NCBI GenBank assembly: GCA_963786955.1
Contig: CAWBAT010000004.1
Coordinates: 512,001 to 576,000, forward strand
Direction of reading: 5' to 3'
DNA: 64,000 nt
Source: an uncultured Acidimicrobiia bacterium
Lineage (GTDB): Bacteria; Acidobacteriota; Terriglobia; Versatilivoradales; Versatilivoraceae
Below the pieces are notes generated by a model, which did no database searches, was not told the origin of the DNA, and saw only the letters and a list, made by a program, of their open reading frames with translations. Positions 58,626-64,000 of this stretch are shown in pieces. The stretch's first letter is position 1. The number at the start of each line of letters is the position of its first letter. A program made the translations under genes and the position numbers.

Positions 58626-60800
58626 TTATTTCGCGGCCGTCATGGCTGGCAAAAAGTTCTCCAGAGCCCAGATTTGATCCGAATCTGCCGCCACGACTGT
58701 GAAGAATATGCTCCGGCCGTCGGGGTGCATTTGTGGACCTTTGATACGGGCGTTCATCGATAAGCCGACCCTTTCCGCTTCTCCTCCGTCCACGGGAACA
58801 CGCCAGATGGACTGTTGCCCCGTGATCGTGAACAGAATGTAACGATGATCCGGCGTCCATGCCAGGGTGTTGTATGCATTAAACTCCCCTTCTGGGTAAC
58901 GGTAGAGGACGCGCGGCTCACCGCCGGCCGCGTTTGTAACAAAGATCTCCTGCCCTTTTGAAGAGGTGGACACGTAGGCAATCTGCTTTCCGTCGGGTGA
59001 AACGGCCGGGCTCGCAAAGAGAGTATCTTGGGGGAAGAATGGGACCGACTCTCTGAGTATAGCGGTCTGGCGGGTGTCTAGATCGAAACGCGCCAATTGC
59101 TGGGAATTTCCGCCCGCCTGGAAGAAAACGGATTTCCCATCCGGCGATAACTTGAATCCAGTGATCAAGTCTTTCCTTTCCCCTCCCACTTCTTCGGCTT
59201 TGCCGGTAGTCAGATCCACACGATACAGGAAGGCCCCTTGCCGTTGGTTCTCGCTTCCAGGCACTAGGACCGAACGGCCATCGGGCAGCCAACCCGGCCC
59301 ATTGAAATACAGGGAGTTGATCTCCAGATTCAGGGGAAACACACGCTCCTGACGACTGCTCAGATCCCGAACCACCAACACTGTGTCCGGGCGATCGGAA
59401 TAGTAGGCAAGCTGTTTGCCGTCGGGCGACAAGGACGCTCCCCAATTCGAGTTGACATACTTTTCTGTCACGACTTGGGGTGTTCCGGACACCTTCCCAT
59501 CATTGCCCAAAGCAGCGCGATATACGTTCCGCCGGTTTCTTCCGCGAACGGAATAATATAGCGTTCCGGTAGGCGTCATCGTCAACGGCACAATGGTCCC
59601 GATATCGCTCTTGACGAGCTCGGCCTCTCCGGCAGCCTTTCCGTCCTTGACCGCTATGGACCATAGAGAGGGGGCCGCGGTGCGGTCGCTGACGAACAGA
59701 ACCCGCGAACCGTCTGGGGACCATACGGTTGAGTAATCATTGGCCGGATGTTGCACGATAGCGGTCTCCTGGCTTCCGTCTGCAGCCAGAACGAAGATAT
59801 CCCTGGCCGTCCCCGCACCATCACCCGCAGGGGTGTCGTAGGCAATGTAGCGTCCATCGGGCGAGATACTCGCGCCAATCTGCGCCCAGCTGAGTGACTT
59901 GAGCTGCCGAATGGAGCTATCCTGTACCGAAAGCATAGCAATCTGCCAGGTGCCGTTTTCTAGCGATCGCGTAACCAGCAGGTTCCGGCCATCCGGTGTC
60001 CAGCCCCTTACAAACAGATAGTTGGGGCTGCGATGGACGATTCGTGGAGCCGCATTCCCATCCATCGGGACGATCCGAACCTGGAACTCCCATTCAGGAA
60101 GTTTGACAAAAAGGTAGGCCACCTGACGGCCGTCTGGGGAAATGACCGATCCGTCTGCATATCCGTCTGCGGGCCGGGTCAGCACACGCTTTGTGCCTGC
60201 TGCAAGGTTAAGGACCGCAACCCCCCCACTCGAATCCGTTAAGCTGACCCAACTGCCATCCGGCGATACCGTGCCATTGATTATCTCTCCAGAGTAAACC
60301 TGCCGCATCGAGATCCTGTTCCCCGATACTCCCGGTGAGCGCAAGGCCGCCAGGCGTACGCGTGCTTGAGCGACAATTTCCTGCTGGTCAGAAAAGTCAC
60401 GCACAACACGTTCGTAAGCCCGGCGCGCATCTGCGACGCCGAGTTTTTCGTAACACCCACCCATCTGTAACAAGGCCTTGGCAGTAATCAATCGGTTGCC
60501 ACTCGCGTTGGTTATGATCTTCTGGTACTGCTCAATTGCGCCTTTCAGGTCCCCGTCTACTAACTCCAGGTGAATGGCGGCCTTGAGCTGCACTTCGGCT
60601 GAGTCCTTGGTCTGTCCTGCTGCGAGTGACGCCAGCCACAACGCGGACAATGCAATAAATAGCTGTGCCCGCTTGCAGGTGGAGCGGGCGCTCCGCGCAC
60701 GCTTCTCAAACGTACGACGGGGGACGGTAGTCCCACGCGCGCATTCCCCCTGGGACATCAAGGGGGCCAGCCCCTGGCCGGATAGATTAAGCTTGTTCAT
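58626..60800 (-). CDS. Secreted TPR + PD40/TolB-like beta-propeller protein
   Basis: RBS GGAGGG before ATG 60800. Signal h-region, TPR (ELVDGDL..AIEQY), many (W/I/L)SPDG repeats, C-terminal IWALENFLP. Confidence 0.88.
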   Translation of the reverse strand: MNKLNLSGQGLAPLMSQGECARGTTVPRRTFEKRARSARSTCKRAQLFIALSALWLASLAAGQTKDSAEVQLKAAIHLELVDGDLKGAIEQYQKIITNASGNRLITAKALLQMGGCYEKLGVADARRAYERVVRDFSDQQEIVAQARVRLAALRSPGVSGNRISMRQVYSGEIINGTVSPDGSWVSLTDSSGGVAVLNLAAGTKRVLTRPADGYADGSVISPDGRQVAYLFVKLPEWEFQVRIVPMDGNAAPRIVHRSPNYLFVRGWTPDGRNLLVTRSLENGTWQIAMLSVQDSSIRQLKSLSWAQIGASISPDGRYIAYDTPAGDGAGTARDIFVLAADGSQETAIVQHPANDYSTVWSPDGSRVLFVSDRTAAPSLWSIAVKDGKAAGEAELVKSDIGTIVPLTMTPTGTLYYSVRGRNRRNVYRAALGNDGKVSGTPQVVTEKYVNSNWGASLSPDGKQLAYYSDRPDTVLVVRDLSSRQERVFPLNLEINSLYFNGPGWLPDGRSVLVPGSENQRQGAFLYRVDLTTGKAEEVGGERKDLITGFKLSPDGKSVFFQAGGNSQQLARFDLDTRQTAILRESVPFFPQDTLFASPAVSPDGKQIAYVSTSSKGQEIFVTNAAGGEPRVLYRYPEGEFNAYNTLAWTPDHRYILFTITGQQSIWRVPVDGGEAERVGLSMNARIKGPQMHPDGRSIFFTVVAADSDQIWALENFLPAMTAAK

Positions 60801-60816
60801 CGTTCGTCCCTCCATG

Positions 60817-60878
60817 CGATCAGGATAGGGAGCTAATGTTTGCGGCAAATCACGGAGCTGTCATGATTTTGTAATATT
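60817..60878 (-). promoter_or_regulatory. Conserved promoter with OmpR/PhoB-type tandem boxes (copy 2)
   Basis: aaatcacggagctgtcatgattttgtaatatt, near-identical to 57601-57632; directly upstream of the PD40 gene. Confidence 0.72.
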
Positions 60879-61115
60879 CCTAGCAAGCCTGGGCAACCTG
60901 CCCCAAGTGTGTTGCACCCTCTTAGGGGTGTCCTTTCGTGGGTGGCCCGTCACCCAGGGCGGCGCTCAGGGCTTCGCCCTTTGCTTTGCCCTGAACTATT
61001 TTGTTTTGCCCTTATCAGTGCGGAGAAAAATGTCCAAACACCAGACCCCTCCCTGAAGCGGGGGACAAGCTAGAAGCACACTGAGATTCGATGGCCGGCG
61101 GTCTAAGCGCACATG

Positions 61116-61790
61116 TCACCCATCGAAACGGTAACCAATGCCGCGAATGCTGAGTAGATAGCGCGGCTGGGGGCCCGACGGTTCGATCTTCTTGCGCAGA
61201 CTGGTGATCTGGTTATCCACTACGCGCTCGGTAACAAACGTGTCTGGACCCCAAGCTTCATCAAGCAACTGCTGCCGACTCAAAACCCTGCCCCGGCGGC
61301 GAACAAAAGTCGCCAGCAGCTTGAATTCAAGCGGAGAGGTCTCAACCACTTCTCCAGCCCGGCGAAGCTCACGGCGGGTGAAGTCTACTTCCACCTCGCC
61401 AAATCGATACACCTCGGGGAGCTCACCGGTAGCGCGACGCAGAATGGTTTTGATGCGCGCCCGTAGCTCCCGTGGGCTATAGGGCTTGGTGACATAATCA
61501 TCCGCACCCATCTCCAGACCTAGTACTTTCTCGGCTTCGTGGGTTCTGGCTGTGAGCAGGATAATTGGTGTTGCTATATGGGCCCGGCGCAGCTCACGGC
61601 AAACTTCAAAGCCGTCTTTCCGCGGCAGCATGACGTCTAGTAGAATCAGGTCGAACGCCTGCTCTCGGGCGCGGTGGGCGGCACTGTCGCCATCACCCAC
61701 CACCTCGACTTCGTAACCTTGTATTTTGAGGTCGTCTTCCAGCGCCAGGGCGATTCCTGGTTCGTCTTCTACTACCAGAATGCGCGTCAT
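61116..61790 (-). CDS. OmpR/PhoB-family response regulator
   Basis: RILVVEDE, LILLDVMLP, GADDYVTKP; winged helix R.VD.QI..LRKKIE, RGIGYRF. Confidence 0.96.
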   Translation of the reverse strand: MTRILVVEDEPGIALALEDDLKIQGYEVEVVGDGDSAAHRAREQAFDLILLDVMLPRKDGFEVCRELRRAHIATPIILLTARTHEAEKVLGLEMGADDYVTKPYSPRELRARIKTILRRATGELPEVYRFGEVEVDFTRRELRRAGEVVETSPLEFKLLATFVRRRGRVLSRQQLLDEAWGPDTFVTERVVDNQITSLRKKIEPSGPQPRYLLSIRGIGYRFDG

Positions 61791-61819
61791 CTCATAAGTC
61801 TCCTGTGATGAAGATACGA

Positions 61820-62390
61820 CGGGGCCCCCCAAACCCCGCGTTGGGGAAAGGGGAGCCGAAACTGTTCAAAGCGCTTGGAACTGTAGAACCTGAAATTCGC
61901 ACGCATTAGGCTTGAAATTCACGCCCTATCGTGTTGACTATCCCGCCCCAGAGCGATCGGCGGGAACCAGACTTTCACTGGTCAGACCTCCAAAAGGTCA
62001 GGCGTACTTAACACCCTGCTTCAGCAGGGTGTTGGGGAGATTCCTTAGCTTCGTAAACCGTTGAAACGGTTCGTGCCAATGATCTTTCCCAACCACCGCG
62101 CTAAAGCGCGGTGCTATTAAGAGAAATCTCACAATCATGCAAAATTTAGGTAGAAACTCCCGGTGAAGTCTTGAGAACACTTCACGGGTGTCTCTGGGCA
62201 TCCAGGGAGACATCCCACTACGCCCCAGAAAGTTTGCAAAAATGCGTCGGGTCAAGGGACCCGCCCTACAACACATTTGCAAAGCCTCTGGATCCATTGA
62301 AGGCCTGGAGCTTTCTCAAAGCCCCAACCTCACGTGGCAGGTCCCCACAATTCCAATTTTTTCACACTTCCCCATTCACGCAGAGAATTG
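61820..62390. repeat. Palindrome-rich spacer between the HK and RR genes
   Basis: aacaccctgcttcagcagggtgtt, aaccgttgaaacggtt, accgcgctaaagcgcggt; ttggggaaag(g/a)ggagccgaaaac shared with 58388. Confidence 0.6.
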
Positions 62391-62391
62391 T

Positions 62392-63999
62392 TCATTGTCC
62401 TTTGCAGTTGTCGATCGGCAACAGCAGCGAAAAGGTACTTCCTCTTCCAAGTTCGCTCTCGATCTGCACCTTGCCGCCATGAGCCTGGACAATGCGCTGC
62501 ACCATTGCCAAACCGATCCCGGTACCTTTTACATTCGAACCTCTCGTAGCCATACCACGAACGAATTTCTGGAAGATCTCCTTTTGCTCTGACACGGGAA
62601 TACCCGAACCCTGATCACGGACTCGTATCGCCAAGAATTCCCTCTCTCGATCGACCGACACGGAGACCGCTGAACCCTCTGACGAGTACTTCACCGCGTT
62701 ATCCAGCAGGTTCCAAACGGCGAGAGCCAGAGCCTCCCGGTCGGCCTGCATAGGAGGTGATTTGCCGTTGGTACTGAGCTCAATGCTATGACGCTTGTTC
62801 CTGCCTCCCTCTTGAAACTCGGCCACAAGATTATGCAACAAAGCGACGGCGTCCACCGGTTCAAATTGGTACTCGAAAGCCCCAGCCTCCATGCGAGCGA
62901 AATTCAAGAGGCTTTCGACCAGCCGTTGAAGACGTTCCGTTTCGCGGGCAAGCGCTTCGTAATACTGCCGGCGGCGTTCCTCAGTGGGCACAAGGTTGCT
63001 TGCCAGAAGTTCTGTAAGATGACGGAGCGAAGTCAGCGGAGTGCGAAATTCATGAGAGACTGCCGAGACAAAATCCGACTGAAGAGAAGCCACGGCGAGT
63101 TCCCGCGCGACGGTCCGTGTGACGAAGTAACTGCCCGCCAACGCCAGGACTCCCATCATCATTAGACCCGCCAGCACCAGCCGTCGTCGGGCCGCGAATT
63201 GGGCAAGCTCTGGCTGCGGGTCAGCACTGGCTAGCTGCAGAGTCCAGGGAAGCCGAGTCTCATTGGTGGTACGAATCGCTTGCGGCTTTCCTGCGGCCAG
63301 CGCGTGACCAAGCACACTATGCCCATCCTTGTCGGTAAGCCGCAAGTCGACTCCCTGTTGTTCCCAGATGGACCGCCATTGTGATTTCAGATAGCCGGTG
63401 CCTGCAATTAACGCCACAAACTGGTCCCGAGTGCTGTGCCATATGAGCAAGAAGGGTAAGCCACGTACCCAAAGGCTGGCAAAACCTCCCGAACGCGTTT
63501 CATCGCGCTGCAATTCACGACTTTGTTCCCACAGCGACTCCACCGCGGCCGAGAACGCCAGACCTTGTTCGCGCCGATCTTGAAATTCAGGCCCTGAGGG
63601 TGCCCATCGTTCAAGCTGCTTTGAATAAAACTCGTAGGAAGCTCGATCGAGTGGCCAGCGACCGTGGTCCAGGTCAGATTGGAGTGCGGAGGCAGCCTGG
63701 CGCAGTTCAGCAAAAGATTTCAATTCTTCCAACACTGCACAACTTGCCTGCCGAGCCAGGAGTCCGGCAGGTATCCCCCCCAGGGTGGTAGATTCCATCT
63801 GGGCAAGCTCTTGGTACACTGCCAGTGCCTCCTTGAGCTGGCCATTCTTACGGAGATTGCGGGCAAGGCGCAGGAGTGCGCCCGCGCGTACGGCAGGATC
63901 CTTCGTGCGTGCTTGCTGAGTGAAAACCGCACTGGCCCCAGCATGATCCTGCTTTTGAAATTCAAGAACTTCTCCAGCCTGGAAAATGCTGCCAGACGC
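62392..63999 (-). CDS. Sensor histidine kinase with TPR-like extracytoplasmic region (5' end outside window)
   Basis: Frame is open to the window end. TM, H-box VSHEFRTPLT, NLLDNAVKYS, DQGSGI and GTGIGL motifs. Confidence 0.95.
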   Translation of the reverse strand, partial: ASGSIFQAGEVLEFQKQDHAGASAVFTQQARTKDPAVRAGALLRLARNLRKNGQLKEALAVYQELAQMESTTLGGIPAGLLARQASCAVLEELKSFAELRQAASALQSDLDHGRWPLDRASYEFYSKQLERWAPSGPEFQDRREQGLAFSAAVESLWEQSRELQRDETRSGGFASLWVRGLPFLLIWHSTRDQFVALIAGTGYLKSQWRSIWEQQGVDLRLTDKDGHSVLGHALAAGKPQAIRTTNETRLPWTLQLASADPQPELAQFAARRRLVLAGLMMMGVLALAGSYFVTRTVARELAVASLQSDFVSAVSHEFRTPLTSLRHLTELLASNLVPTEERRRQYYEALARETERLQRLVESLLNFARMEAGAFEYQFEPVDAVALLHNLVAEFQEGGRNKRHSIELSTNGKSPPMQADREALALAVWNLLDNAVKYSSEGSAVSVSVDREREFLAIRVRDQGSGIPVSEQKEIFQKFVRGMATRGSNVKGTGIGLAMVQRIVQAHGGKVQIESELGRGSTFSLLLPIDNCKGQ

Positions 64000-64000
64000 T

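Noticed and set aside
58183-58860. 225-aa minus-strand ORF and neighbouring short ORFs
   Set aside because: Arg/Gly/Pro-rich translations of GC-rich palindromes, overlapping the PD40 gene in another frame.
1-64000. tRNA or rRNA genes
   Set aside because: No cloverleaf/T-loop or rRNA-like segment recognised by eye. tRNAscan-SE would confirm.

Overview
Bacterial chromosomal window, most likely Acidobacteriota. This is inferred from two acidobacterial-type VWA proteins, a CarboxypepD_reg-type TonB-dependent receptor and a TPR-HK/OmpR-RR/TPR-PD40 module. Most of it is housekeeping or metabolic: ileS-lspA-lgt-rluD, trmL, mobA, trxA, mutY, uxaA-like, oppBC-like, mazEF, ubiD-like, pabB/C fusion, lpxD, an amino-sugar cluster, an S1 protein and ffs-dnaX-ybaB-recR. 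It also encodes a tetraether-synthase (Tes/GDGT-MAS)-like radical SAM enzyme. The most unusual content is non-coding: many families of REP-like palindromes that other selfish elements appear to use. (1) A 167-nt internally deleted group II intron sits exactly at the CTAC end of a REP (56526-56692). (2) A 127-bp MITE with a TTA target duplication carries a REP doublet. (3) A decayed GxxExxY nuclease gene is bracketed by 30-bp inverted repeats built from 9-mers. (4) One palindrome is translated in frame inside a signal peptide. A 62-bp promoter with 11-bp-period OmpR/PhoB-type boxes is shared by two secreted-protein genes next to a two-component system. Several genes carry single-base frameshifts that look like long-read assembly errors. 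All calls come from reading the sequence and recalled family motifs; no database searches were run.
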